IMG/VR virus record: IMGVR_UViG_3300034012_003212 | Coordinates: 186,001 to 250,000 of that record | Strand: one strand, 5' to 3' | Length of the DNA: 64,000 bases | Shown here: positions 26,573 to 35,146 of the stretch, piece after piece | How the letters are laid out: the number at the start of each line of letters is the position of its first letter | Numbering within the stretch: the stretch's first letter is position 1 | Program-made: the position numbers and the translations under genes | Notes under the pieces: model-generated | Databases searched by the model: none | Seen by the model: the letters and a program-made list of their open reading frames with translations, nothing else | Told to the model about the DNA's origin: nothing

Positions 26573-27025
26573 ATGACAGAAATAAAGGTAAAAGAAAAAA
26601 CGACAGTGAATCTTCAATGGTGTTCCCAAGAGGCTTTGGATTCATTTGGGTTCCTTGAAGCCGTCAAGGTGAATGGGGATTTGGATTTCTATCGTTGCAA
26701 AAGACTCACGAAGCTGCCTGTTGATCTCAAGGTGGCAGGGGAACTGCGTCTCAATCGGTGCACAGAGCTCACAGAGCTACCCGACGATCTCATAGTGGGA
26801 GGGGGCATCTATCTCTATAGCTGCGAAAAGATCACGAAGCTGCCTAGGGGTCTCATAGTGGGAGAGTGGATGAATCTAGGTCAATGCAAAGGGATCACGA
26901 AGCTGCCTAAAGATCTCACAGTTTTTGATGACATATGGTATAACCCAGAGACGGGATTCTCTGGCAGTGTGCATGAGCCTGGTGTGATCCCTGTCCACCT
27001 GAAGCACAAGTTGAAAAACTATTAA
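26573..27025 (+). CDS. capped LRR protein, 4 repeats
   Basis: N-cap, 21-aa LRRs, C-cap. Confidence 0.9.
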   Translation: MTEIKVKEKTTVNLQWCSQEALDSFGFLEAVKVNGDLDFYRCKRLTKLPVDLKVAGELRLNRCTELTELPDDLIVGGGIYLYSCEKITKLPRGLIVGEWMNLGQCKGITKLPKDLTVFDDIWYNPETGFSGSVHEPGVIPVHLKHKLKNY

Positions 27026-27049
27026 GAGATTCCAAAATAAAAACTGAAT

Positions 27050-27508
27050 ATGAGAAAGAAGAAGATACAGATACGAAAAGAAACGCATGTGCAACTTCGA
27101 TGGTGTTCCAAAGAGGCTTTGGATTCATTTAAGTCCCTTGATGCCGCCAGTGTGAATGGGAATTTGAATCTTAGTGGTTGCACAGGACCCACGAAGCTTC
27201 CTGATGGTCTAATCGTAGGAGGGTTTTTATATCTCGGCAATTGCACAGGGCTCAAGAAGCTGCCTGATGGACTCATGGTGAATGGGGATTTGAATCTGTA
27301 TGGTTGCTCAGAGCTCACGAAGCTTCCCGATGGCCTCAGGGTGATTGGGGATCTGGATCTCTGTTATTGCCCAGGGATCAAGGATCTTCCTGCGGATCTC
27401 ATTGTTGACGGTGTTATCACCTATGATTCAGACACGGGGTTCTATGGCCGTGTGCATGTGCCTGGTGTGATCCCTAAGCACCTGAAGAACAAATTGCACA
27501 AATATTAA
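27050..27508 (+). CDS. capped LRR protein, 4 repeats
   Basis: N-cap, 21-aa LRRs, C-cap. Confidence 0.9.
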   Translation: MRKKKIQIRKETHVQLRWCSKEALDSFKSLDAASVNGNLNLSGCTGPTKLPDGLIVGGFLYLGNCTGLKKLPDGLMVNGDLNLYGCSELTKLPDGLRVIGDLDLCYCPGIKDLPADLIVDGVITYDSDTGFYGRVHVPGVIPKHLKNKLHKY

Positions 27509-27533
27509 AGAGATTCTAAAATAGAAACTGAAT

Positions 27534-28055
27534 ATGCTGGAAATACAGGTAAAAGAAGAAACGAAAGTGGACCTTGGGTATTGTTCACAAGAATCACTTG
27601 ATTCCTTGGTGACTATCAAGCGCCTCAATGTGAACGGGGATTTGGATCTATTGGGTTGCCCAGGGATCACAGAGCTGCCTGAAGATCTTAAAGTGGGAGG
27701 GAATCTGGATCTACGTTGGTGTGACGGGCTCACAGAGCTGCCTAAAGAGCTCACCGTCGCTGGGAAACTGAATCTAGAGAATTGCACAGGACTCACGAGG
27801 CTGCCTGAGGGACTCCGTGTGAATGTGTATTTGTTTCTCTATGGTTGCTCAGGGATCAAGAAGCTTCCTGGGGGCCTCAGTGTGAATGGGGACCTGGATC
27901 TAGGTCATTGTCCAGGGATCAAGGATCTTCCTGAAGATCTTCAGGTGGAAGGAAGCATATATTATAATTCAGGGACAGGATTCTTTGGCCATATGCAAGA
28001 GCCCGGTGTGATCCCTGATCATCTGAAGAACAAATTGGAAAAATATGGTAGATGA
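27534..28055 (+). CDS. capped LRR protein, 5 repeats
   Basis: Shares 120-nt identical tract with 17477..17878. Confidence 0.9.
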   Translation: MLEIQVKEETKVDLGYCSQESLDSLVTIKRLNVNGDLDLLGCPGITELPEDLKVGGNLDLRWCDGLTELPKELTVAGKLNLENCTGLTRLPEGLRVNVYLFLYGCSGIKKLPGGLSVNGDLDLGHCPGIKDLPEDLQVEGSIYYNSGTGFFGHMQEPGVIPDHLKNKLEKYGR

Positions 28056-28077
28056 AATTCCAAAATAGAAACTGAAT

Positions 28078-28530
28078 ATGAGAAAGATAAAGGTAAAAAA
28101 AGAAACGAGGGTGAACCTTCAATTGTGTTCCCAAGAGGCTTTAGATTCATTTGGGTATCTCAGCGCCCTCAGGGTGGATGGGTACCTTAATCTCGCTTAT
28201 TGCGCGGGGGCCACGAGGATTCCCGAGGGGCTCAAGGTGAATGGGGATCTGAATCTTAATGGTTGTGTAGGGATCACAAGTCTGCCTGATGGATTCAGGG
28301 TTGGAGGGGATCTGATTCTGTATAAATGTTCAGGGTTCGCGGAGCTGCCTGATGATCTCACTGTTGCAGGGGAATTGTTTCTATGGGGTTGTACAGGGAT
28401 CACAAGTCTGCCTGACGATCTCCATGTGGCAGGAAACATACTTTATGATTCAAAGACAGGATTCTTTGGCCATGTGCACGAGCCTGGTGTGATACCCGGT
28501 AACCTGAAGAACAAATTGAAAGAAATATAA
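28078..28530 (+). CDS. capped LRR protein, 4 repeats
   Basis: N-cap, 21-aa LRRs, C-cap. Confidence 0.9.
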   Translation: MRKIKVKKETRVNLQLCSQEALDSFGYLSALRVDGYLNLAYCAGATRIPEGLKVNGDLNLNGCVGITSLPDGFRVGGDLILYKCSGFAELPDDLTVAGELFLWGCTGITSLPDDLHVAGNILYDSKTGFFGHVHEPGVIPGNLKNKLKEI

Positions 28531-28554
28531 GAGATTCCAAAATAGAAACTGAAT

Positions 28555-28962
28555 ATGATGACGATAAATGTAAAAGAAGAAACTAGGGTGATACTTTATG
28601 AGTGTTCTCAGAAAGCTTTGGATTCATTTGGATCACTCAGCCGGATGAGAGTGGGTGGGTTTCTGAGTTTCTATGGTTGCACAAAGCTCAAAAAGCTGCC
28701 CGATGGCCTCAGGGTACGAGGGGGTTTACAAATTACGTGGTGTGTAGGACTCACGAGGCTGCCCGATGGACTCATTGTCGCAGGTGGGTTGAATCTCGGG
28801 GCTTGCGAAGAACTCACAAGTATCCCTCAAGATCTCCAGGTGGGCGGCACCATCCTCCATGATCAAGGAACGGGGTTCTATGGCCACGAGAATGAGCCTG
28901 GTGTGATACCCGAGATGCTGAAGGATAAGTTAAGTATCGCATGGTTATCATGGATATCATAG
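28555..28962 (+). CDS. capped LRR protein, 3 repeats, SIAWLSWIS tail
   Basis: N-cap, 21-aa LRRs, C-cap. Confidence 0.9.
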   Translation: MMTINVKEETRVILYECSQKALDSFGSLSRMRVGGFLSFYGCTKLKKLPDGLRVRGGLQITWCVGLTRLPDGLIVAGGLNLGACEELTSIPQDLQVGGTILHDQGTGFYGHENEPGVIPEMLKDKLSIAWLSWIS

Positions 28963-28993
28963 TAGAGATAAGATTCCAAAATAGAAACTGAAT

Positions 28994-29389
28994 ATGATAG
29001 AAATAAATGTAAGAAAAAAATACACGAGGGTGGACCTTAGTGAGTGTTCCCAAGAGGCTTTGGATTCATTTGGGTCCATTGAGACCCTCAAGGTGAATGG
29101 GGATCTGAGTCTTCGTGGTTGCTCAGGGCTCACAAGGCTGCCTGATGGCTCCACTGTGGGAGGCGGTTTGTATATTAGTGGTTGCACAGGACTCATAAAG
29201 CTGCCTGATGGCCTCACCGTGGGAGGGCTTCTGAACCTCAGAAATTGCACAGGGATCACAAGACTTCCTGAAGATCTTCAGGTGGGTGGAATGATCTGGT
29301 ATAGTCTAAAAACAGGGTTCTTTGGTCATAAGTATGATCCTGGCGTGATACCCGATAGGCTGAAACACAAGTTGGAAAACCGGTGGTAA
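28994..29389 (+). CDS. capped LRR protein, 3 repeats
   Basis: N-cap, 21-aa LRRs, C-cap. Confidence 0.9.
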   Translation: MIEINVRKKYTRVDLSECSQEALDSFGSIETLKVNGDLSLRGCSGLTRLPDGSTVGGGLYISGCTGLIKLPDGLTVGGLLNLRNCTGITRLPEDLQVGGMIWYSLKTGFFGHKYDPGVIPDRLKHKLENRW

Positions 29390-29414
29390 TAAGGTCGTAA
29401 AATAAAAACTGAAT

Positions 29415-29930
29415 ATGATAGAAATAAATATAAAAGAACATACTCATGTGAACTTCCAGCGGTGTTCTAGGGAATCACTGGACTACTTGGGATCCCTTTA
29501 TGGCTTCAAGGTGAATGGGGAATTGGTTCTTAATGGTTGTGGAAAACTTACAAAGCTTCCAAATAGTCTTATTGTACGTGGGAACTTGGATCTTGTGGAT
29601 TGTGATAATTTAAAAAAGCTTCCCGATGATCTGAAGGTTGGGGGTACTTTATATCTAATGCGCTCTATGCTAAAAAATCTGCCCGACAATCTCGAGATAG
29701 GAGAAGATCTTAGTATTTGGGGATCTATAGAACTTTCATCACTTCCTAGTAGTCTTACTATAGGATCGGATTTTTATTTAGGTAGTTGTTTTAAGCTTAA
29801 AAAACTGCCCGATGATCTTCATGTGGGCGGATACATTTACTATGATTCAAACACAGGATTCTCAGGTCATGTGCATGAGCCCGGTGTGATCCCTGACCAC
29901 CTGAAGCACAAGTTGAAGAAATGGGATTGA
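29415..29930 (+). CDS. capped LRR protein, 5 repeats (diverged body, canonical C-cap)
   Basis: AT-rich diverged repeats joined to canonical KHKLKKWD end. Confidence 0.88.
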   Translation: MIEINIKEHTHVNFQRCSRESLDYLGSLYGFKVNGELVLNGCGKLTKLPNSLIVRGNLDLVDCDNLKKLPDDLKVGGTLYLMRSMLKNLPDNLEIGEDLSIWGSIELSSLPSSLTIGSDFYLGSCFKLKKLPDDLHVGGYIYYDSNTGFSGHVHEPGVIPDHLKHKLKKWD

Positions 29931-29950
29931 TTCCAAAATAGAAACAGAAT

Positions 29951-30406
29951 ATGAGAAAGAAGAAGATAAAGATACAAGAGAAAACAATAGTGGACCTTAT
30001 GAAGTGTTCCCAAGAGGCTTTGGATTCATTTGGGTCCATTGAGGTTGTCAAGGTGAATGGGGATTTGAATCTCTATTATTGCACAGGGATCACGAAGCTG
30101 CCTGATGGACTCAGGGTGGCACTGAGGTTAAGTATTAAATATTGCACAGGGCTTACAGAGCTGCCTGATGATCTCAAGGTGGGGGTGAATATGGATATAC
30201 AAGGTTGCACAGGGCTCACGAAGCTTCCTGGGGGCCTAAGGGTAGGAGGTTATCTGAATCTGCATGGTTGCGCAGGACTCACGGAGCTGCCTGATGATCT
30301 TCAGGTGGGTGGGATGATCTGGTATAATTCAGAAACAGGGTTCCATGGCCATGAGGATGAACCTGGGGTAATTCCTGATCACCTGAAGGACATGTTGTTG
30401 TGGTAG
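29951..30406 (+). CDS. capped LRR protein, 4 repeats
   Basis: N-cap, 21-aa LRRs, C-cap. Confidence 0.9.
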   Translation: MRKKKIKIQEKTIVDLMKCSQEALDSFGSIEVVKVNGDLNLYYCTGITKLPDGLRVALRLSIKYCTGLTELPDDLKVGVNMDIQGCTGLTKLPGGLRVGGYLNLHGCAGLTELPDDLQVGGMIWYNSETGFHGHEDEPGVIPDHLKDMLLW

Positions 30407-30432
30407 TTAGGATTCCAAAATAGAAAAAGAAT

Positions 30433-30888
30433 ATGATGACGATAAAGGTAAAAGAAAAAACATTGGTGGACTTTGATGGGTGTTCACAGAATGCACTCGA
30501 CTCCTTAGTTTCACTTGGATCCCTCAAGATTTCAGGAAATGTGTTCCTCAATTATTGCACAAAGCTCACGAAGCTGCCTGATGGTCTCATTGTAGGAGGT
30601 CATTTGGATCTATGGATGTGCACGAGCCTCACGAAGCTGCCCGATGAATTCAGGGTGAATGGGGATTTGAATCTGTATGGTTGCTCAGGGCTCATGAAGC
30701 TGCCTGATGACCTCAATGTTGCAGGGGATTTGAATCTTTGTGGATGCAAAGGAATCCAGAGCCTGCCTGTTGGTCTCAATGTGAATGGAAACATATGCTA
30801 CGATTCAGAGACGGGATTCCATTGGTTTGAGGGTGATCCAGGAGTTATACCAGATCATCTAAGAAACAAGTTGAAGTTTATTTCATAG
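30433..30888 (+). CDS. capped LRR protein, 4 repeats
   Basis: N-cap, 21-aa LRRs, C-cap. Confidence 0.9.
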   Translation: MMTIKVKEKTLVDFDGCSQNALDSLVSLGSLKISGNVFLNYCTKLTKLPDGLIVGGHLDLWMCTSLTKLPDEFRVNGDLNLYGCSGLMKLPDDLNVAGDLNLCGCKGIQSLPVGLNVNGNICYDSETGFHWFEGDPGVIPDHLRNKLKFIS

Positions 30889-30909
30889 ATTCCAAAATAT
30901 AAACTGAAT

Positions 30910-31365
30910 ATGACAAAGAAGAAGATGAAGATAGAGGTAATAGAAGAAACGAAGGTGAAACTTAGTGAGTGTTCCCAACATGCGTTGGATTCCTTGGCGT
31001 CACTTGGATCCCTCAAGATTTTAGGTAATATGTCTCTCAATTATTGCACAGGACTCACAGGGCTCCCTGATGAACTCAAGGTGGCTGGAGATTTGAATCT
31101 ATGGGATTGTACGAGCCTCATGAATCTATCCGATGACATGAAGATCAAAGGGGATTTAAATCTATGGTCTTGCACAGGACTCACAGGGCTCCCTGGTGGA
31201 CTAGCGGTGATCGGAGATTTGACTCTATATGGATGCAAAGGAATCAAGAGCCTGCCGGATGACCTTCAAGTAAGTCGCATATTCTGTGATGCAAAGACGG
31301 GGTTCTCTGGCCATGAGCATGAGCCCGGCGTGATCCCTGAGAGTCTGAAGCACAAGTTACGTTAA
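30910..31365 (+). CDS. capped LRR protein, 4 repeats
   Basis: N-cap, 21-aa LRRs, C-cap. Confidence 0.9.
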   Translation: MTKKKMKIEVIEETKVKLSECSQHALDSLASLGSLKILGNMSLNYCTGLTGLPDELKVAGDLNLWDCTSLMNLSDDMKIKGDLNLWSCTGLTGLPGGLAVIGDLTLYGCKGIKSLPDDLQVSRIFCDAKTGFSGHEHEPGVIPESLKHKLR

Positions 31366-31390
31366 AGAGATTCCAAAATAGAAACAGAAT

Positions 31391-31843
31391 ATGATAACAA
31401 TAGAAATAAGAAAAGAAACGACAGTGAACCTTAGAGGGTGTTCTCAAGAAGCACTTGATTCCCTGGGAACGCTTGACGCCCTCAAGGTGAATGGGGATTT
31501 GAGTCTATGGCGTTGCACAGGAATCACAAAGCTGCCTGGGGGCCTCAGGGTGAATGGGGATTTGAGTCTATGGGGTTGCACAGGAATCACAAAGCTGCCT
31601 GGGGGCCTCAGGGTGAATGGGGATTTGAGTCTATCGGGTTGCACAGGAATCACAAAGCTGCCTGGGGGCCTCAGGGTGAATGGGGATTTGAGTCTATCGG
31701 GTTGCACAGGAATCACAAAGCTGCCTGAAGATCTTCAGGTGGAAGGAGTCATATATTATAATTCAAAGACGGGGTTCTATGGCTATGAGCATGTGCCTGG
31801 TGTGATCCCTGATCATCTGAAGAACAAGTTGAATAAATGGTAG
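31391..31843 (+). CDS. capped LRR protein, 4 near-identical repeats
   Basis: 63-bp tandem repeat x~4 at 31481-31727. Confidence 0.9.
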   Translation: MITIEIRKETTVNLRGCSQEALDSLGTLDALKVNGDLSLWRCTGITKLPGGLRVNGDLSLWGCTGITKLPGGLRVNGDLSLSGCTGITKLPGGLRVNGDLSLSGCTGITKLPEDLQVEGVIYYNSKTGFYGYEHVPGVIPDHLKNKLNKW

Positions 31844-31869
31844 AGAAGATTATAAAATAGAACCTAGAT

Positions 31870-32259
31870 ATGATGACGATAAAGATAGAAGAAAAAACAA
31901 AGGTGGACTTCACATGTTGTTCTCAGGAAGCTTTAGATTCCTTGTCGTTCCTCGATGGGCTCAAGGTGAATGGGTATTTAAATCTCTTTGATTGCTGGAG
32001 ACTTGAGAAACTCCCTCAGGGTTTTGAGGTGTCGGGTGGTTTGCAAATTGCATGGTGTAGGGGAATCACAAGGTTGCCTAATGGACTCAAGGTGGGCGGG
32101 TGGCTGGGCATCAGACATTGCCCGAAAATTACTGTGCTTCCTGAAGATCTCCAGGTGGGTGAAACAATTAACTATAATGGAGCGACGGGGTTCTATGGCT
32201 ATGAGCATGTGCCTGGTGTGATCCCTGATCATCTGAAGAACAAGTTGAATAAATGGTAG
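31870..32259 (+). CDS. capped LRR protein, 3 repeats
   Basis: C-cap identical to preceding gene. Confidence 0.9.
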   Translation: MMTIKIEEKTKVDFTCCSQEALDSLSFLDGLKVNGYLNLFDCWRLEKLPQGFEVSGGLQIAWCRGITRLPNGLKVGGWLGIRHCPKITVLPEDLQVGETINYNGATGFYGYEHVPGVIPDHLKNKLNKW

Positions 32260-32285
32260 AGAAGATTATAAAATATAAATTGAAT

Positions 32286-32735
32286 ATGAGAAAAAGGAAG
32301 ATAAAGATAGGAGATTTTACATTCGTGGATATTAGGTCCTGTTCTCAGAAGGCAATGGAATCCATAACATCATTGGACAATAAGTTAAGGATCAAGGGAT
32401 ATTGGTGGTTTAACAATCTCACGAGAATTCCTGAAGGACTTAGAATTGACGAAGATCTGGATCTCTATGAGTTCGGATTCAAAGAGCTGCCTTCTGGCAT
32501 AAAGGTTGCGGGAAGTTTGTCTCTTTCTGATTCAACAGAACTCGCTGGACTCCCTGATGACCTCAAAGTGGGAAAGAATTTGTATTTAGGCGGATGCAAA
32601 GGACTCTTGTCTCTTCCTGCGAGTCTTCAAGTAGGAAGATATATTTACTATGATACACGAACAGGATTCTATGATCATATTCGTGAATCTGGTGCCATCC
32701 CTGTAGGCCTCAGGCGTAAATTGAAGAAGTATTAA
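32286..32735 (+). CDS. capped LRR protein, 4 repeats (diverged)
   Basis: Start MRKRKIKI after TGAAT motif; ORF track starts at 32253. Confidence 0.85.
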   Translation: MRKRKIKIGDFTFVDIRSCSQKAMESITSLDNKLRIKGYWWFNNLTRIPEGLRIDEDLDLYEFGFKELPSGIKVAGSLSLSDSTELAGLPDDLKVGKNLYLGGCKGLLSLPASLQVGRYIYYDTRTGFYDHIRESGAIPVGLRRKLKKY

Positions 32736-32747
32736 TGGGATTTCAAA

Positions 32748-33161
32748 ATGCAAACTGGATATGAAAAAAAAGCTATAGAAATACAAGTAGGGGAAGTAGG
32801 GACCGTAAAACTCAATGGCTGCTCCGGGTGTGCATTAGACAGTATTATGTCTCTTTCACGTCTAAATGTCAGAGGACACTTGATTCTATGGGATTGCTCA
32901 AACATCAATAAGCTTCCTGATTGCCTAAATGTGGTTTGGGATCTATGTCTCCAAAGTTGCGAAAACCTCACTAAGCTTCCCGACGATCTCAAGGTAGGAA
33001 GGAATTTGTATATTTACGGATGCATAAAGCTCAAGAAGCTGCCCGAGAGCCTTCAAGTTGGGGATCTTATTTTATACAACGTCTTCACTGGATTCAGAAG
33101 AAGTGACCCAGGAATCCCCTTTCACTTACTCGATAAAATAACAGATGTTGGCAAAAAATAA
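32748..33161 (+). CDS. capped LRR protein, 3 repeats (diverged)
   Basis: LPDCLNVVWDL, LPDDLKVGRNL repeats. Confidence 0.85.
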   Translation: MQTGYEKKAIEIQVGEVGTVKLNGCSGCALDSIMSLSRLNVRGHLILWDCSNINKLPDCLNVVWDLCLQSCENLTKLPDDLKVGRNLYIYGCIKLKKLPESLQVGDLILYNVFTGFRRSDPGIPFHLLDKITDVGKK

Positions 33162-33170
33162 ACACTGGTC

Positions 33171-33713
33171 ATGAAACATCAGATAAAGACACAAGAAATA
33201 TCAGTCATTAATCTTAGGGAATGTTCTCAAAAGGCACTGTATTCCATAAAATACATGCATGGTTCGTTCAATGCGCAGGGTTGGTTGATCCTCTCGGGTT
33301 GCATAGTACTTGATGGGCTTCCCGATACACTCAAAATAGCGGAGCGTTTGAATCTCCATGGTTGCACAGGGCTCAAGAGCCTGCCTGATGGTCTCAAGAT
33401 CGGAGGGAATTTGCACCTTAATCGGTGCACTGGACTCATTAGTTTGCCCGATGGACTCACCGTGGGAGGGAATTTGTATCTCAATGACTGCACAGGGCTT
33501 AAGAGTTTACCTAATGGCCTCAGTATTGCAGGGGATTTGAATCTCTCGGGATGTGCAAACATTAAAACGTTACAGAAAGATCTACGTGTAGGAGGATATA
33601 TCAAATATGATGAATCAACAGGATTCTATGATCATATATATGAACCAGGGGTGGTTGAATACTTAATGAACGGCGGTAGATTCCAGAAAGTGATGAGATA
33701 CGATATAAACTGA
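33171..33713 (+). CDS. capped LRR protein, 5 repeats (diverged caps)
   Basis: LPDGLKIGGNLHLNRC-type repeats. Confidence 0.85.
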   Translation: MKHQIKTQEISVINLRECSQKALYSIKYMHGSFNAQGWLILSGCIVLDGLPDTLKIAERLNLHGCTGLKSLPDGLKIGGNLHLNRCTGLISLPDGLTVGGNLYLNDCTGLKSLPNGLSIAGDLNLSGCANIKTLQKDLRVGGYIKYDESTGFYDHIYEPGVVEYLMNGGRFQKVMRYDIN

Positions 33714-33718
33714 GCACG

Positions 33719-34114
33719 ATGACAAAGATACATATACGCAAAGTAACAGAAGTGAAACTCGTTCAATGTTCACAGCGTGCGCTGAACTCTATAATGTTTC
33801 TTGATGGTAAGTTAAAAATCAAAGGACATTTGAATCTACGATGGTGTAGGGGAATCCCAAAACTCCCAGATGAACTCATGGTTGAAGGTAGTGTTGGGCT
33901 CGATCATTCGTATACAGTCAAAATACTTCCTATTGGGCTCAGGATTGGAGGCAGTCTGTGGATCCGCGGTAGCATGATATCATCACTTCCTGATGATTTG
34001 CAAGTTGGAGATAAAATATACTATAGTTACAGAAAGGGATCACAGAAGGATGAAAGATTTTTTAGGGAGATTCCAAGTCACCTCATAAATAAACTATATG
34101 GCATTGAAACGTGA
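33719..34114 (+). CDS. capped LRR protein, 3 repeats (diverged)
   Basis: LPDELMVEG, LPIGLRIGG, LPDDLQVG. Confidence 0.85.
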   Translation: MTKIHIRKVTEVKLVQCSQRALNSIMFLDGKLKIKGHLNLRWCRGIPKLPDELMVEGSVGLDHSYTVKILPIGLRIGGSLWIRGSMISSLPDDLQVGDKIYYSYRKGSQKDERFFREIPSHLINKLYGIET

Positions 34115-34132
34115 TTCGAATATAAACAATCC

Positions 34133-34534
34133 ATGATAACAATAAAGATAGAAGAAGAAACTTTAGTCAATTTTCAGAAATGTACACAAGCTGCATTAGA
34201 CTCCATTTTAGTGCTTGATGACAAGATAAGGGTCAAAGGATGCTTGAGTTTCTGGGGATGCACTGGAATTACGACGATTCCTCGCGGAATTATCGTATCG
34301 GAGGAACTGAATTTATGGTATTGTAAGAATCTTGTAACACTTCCTTCTGGGATTGGGGTTGGATTAGATTTACATCTAGGTGCCTGTGAACTTCTCCTGT
34401 CGCTTCCCGAAGATCTGAGAGTGGGAGGCAGGATTCGATATAATTACAGAACCGGTTTATCCGGCCATGAGCATGAACGCGGTGTGATACCAAATAACTT
34501 ACGGAAAAAAATGATTAAATCAGTATATTGGTGA
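34133..34534 (+). CDS. capped LRR protein, 3 repeats (diverged)
   Basis: Retains GHEHERGVIP C-cap. Confidence 0.85.
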   Translation: MITIKIEEETLVNFQKCTQAALDSILVLDDKIRVKGCLSFWGCTGITTIPRGIIVSEELNLWYCKNLVTLPSGIGVGLDLHLGACELLLSLPEDLRVGGRIRYNYRTGLSGHEHERGVIPNNLRKKMIKSVYW

Positions 34535-34552
34535 AAAATAAAATTAAACACT

Positions 34553-35011
34553 ATGATTGAGATAAAGGTAAAAGAATCAGCGGTTGTAAAATTTATCTGG
34601 TGCTCTGATGATGCACTTAAATCTATAGAAGGACTAAGGAGGTTGACGGTTTATGGAAGATTGGACTTATATCAATCTAAAATAAAAAGGATTCCTGACA
34701 ATACTATGGTTGAAGGAATTCTATCAATAGATTATTGCAGAAAAATAGAGAATCTTCCTACTGGACTAGTGGTCGGAGGTAACCTAGAACTACAGGAATC
34801 TACTCATATACGGAACTTGCCAGAGGACTTATTAGTAGGAGGGAACATGAACCTCATGGGTTGTAGCTTAATTAAATCCCTTCCAAAAGGTCTGCGTTTC
34901 TCTGGAATTATCTTTTGTGATTCTTCCACCGGGTTCTCAGATGAAACAATATGGGGAAGAAATTGGAGGCACCATATTCCAGACCATCTTAAAGATAAAT
35001 GCTGGAAATAA
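34553..35011 (+). CDS. capped LRR protein, 4 repeats (diverged)
   Basis: LPTGLVVGGNL, LPEDLLVGGNM. Confidence 0.85.
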   Translation: MIEIKVKESAVVKFIWCSDDALKSIEGLRRLTVYGRLDLYQSKIKRIPDNTMVEGILSIDYCRKIENLPTGLVVGGNLELQESTHIRNLPEDLLVGGNMNLMGCSLIKSLPKGLRFSGIIFCDSSTGFSDETIWGRNWRHHIPDHLKDKCWK

Positions 35012-35146
35012 TTAAATTATGATAAAATACCTTTAAAAATAAAACATTGAAACAGAAATAAAGTGTACAATATGAAGCAGTGTATACAAAAGACACCTGA
35101 CTATATTGCCTTCTTTTACTTTATTCAATAAACTTTTTGAAAAAAA

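Noticed and set aside
16942-32259. CRISPR array interpretation of the repeated ~24-nt spacer motif
   Set aside because: Intervening sequences are 330-590 bp intact paralogous genes, not 30-40 nt unique spacers, and no cas genes were recognised in the window.
11690-33604. Many 60-170 aa ORFs antisense to the LRR genes (RPSGSFVSPVQ... repeats)
   Set aside because: Shadow frames of the repetitive sense-strand code; no independent starts or promoters, and they mirror LRR periodicity.
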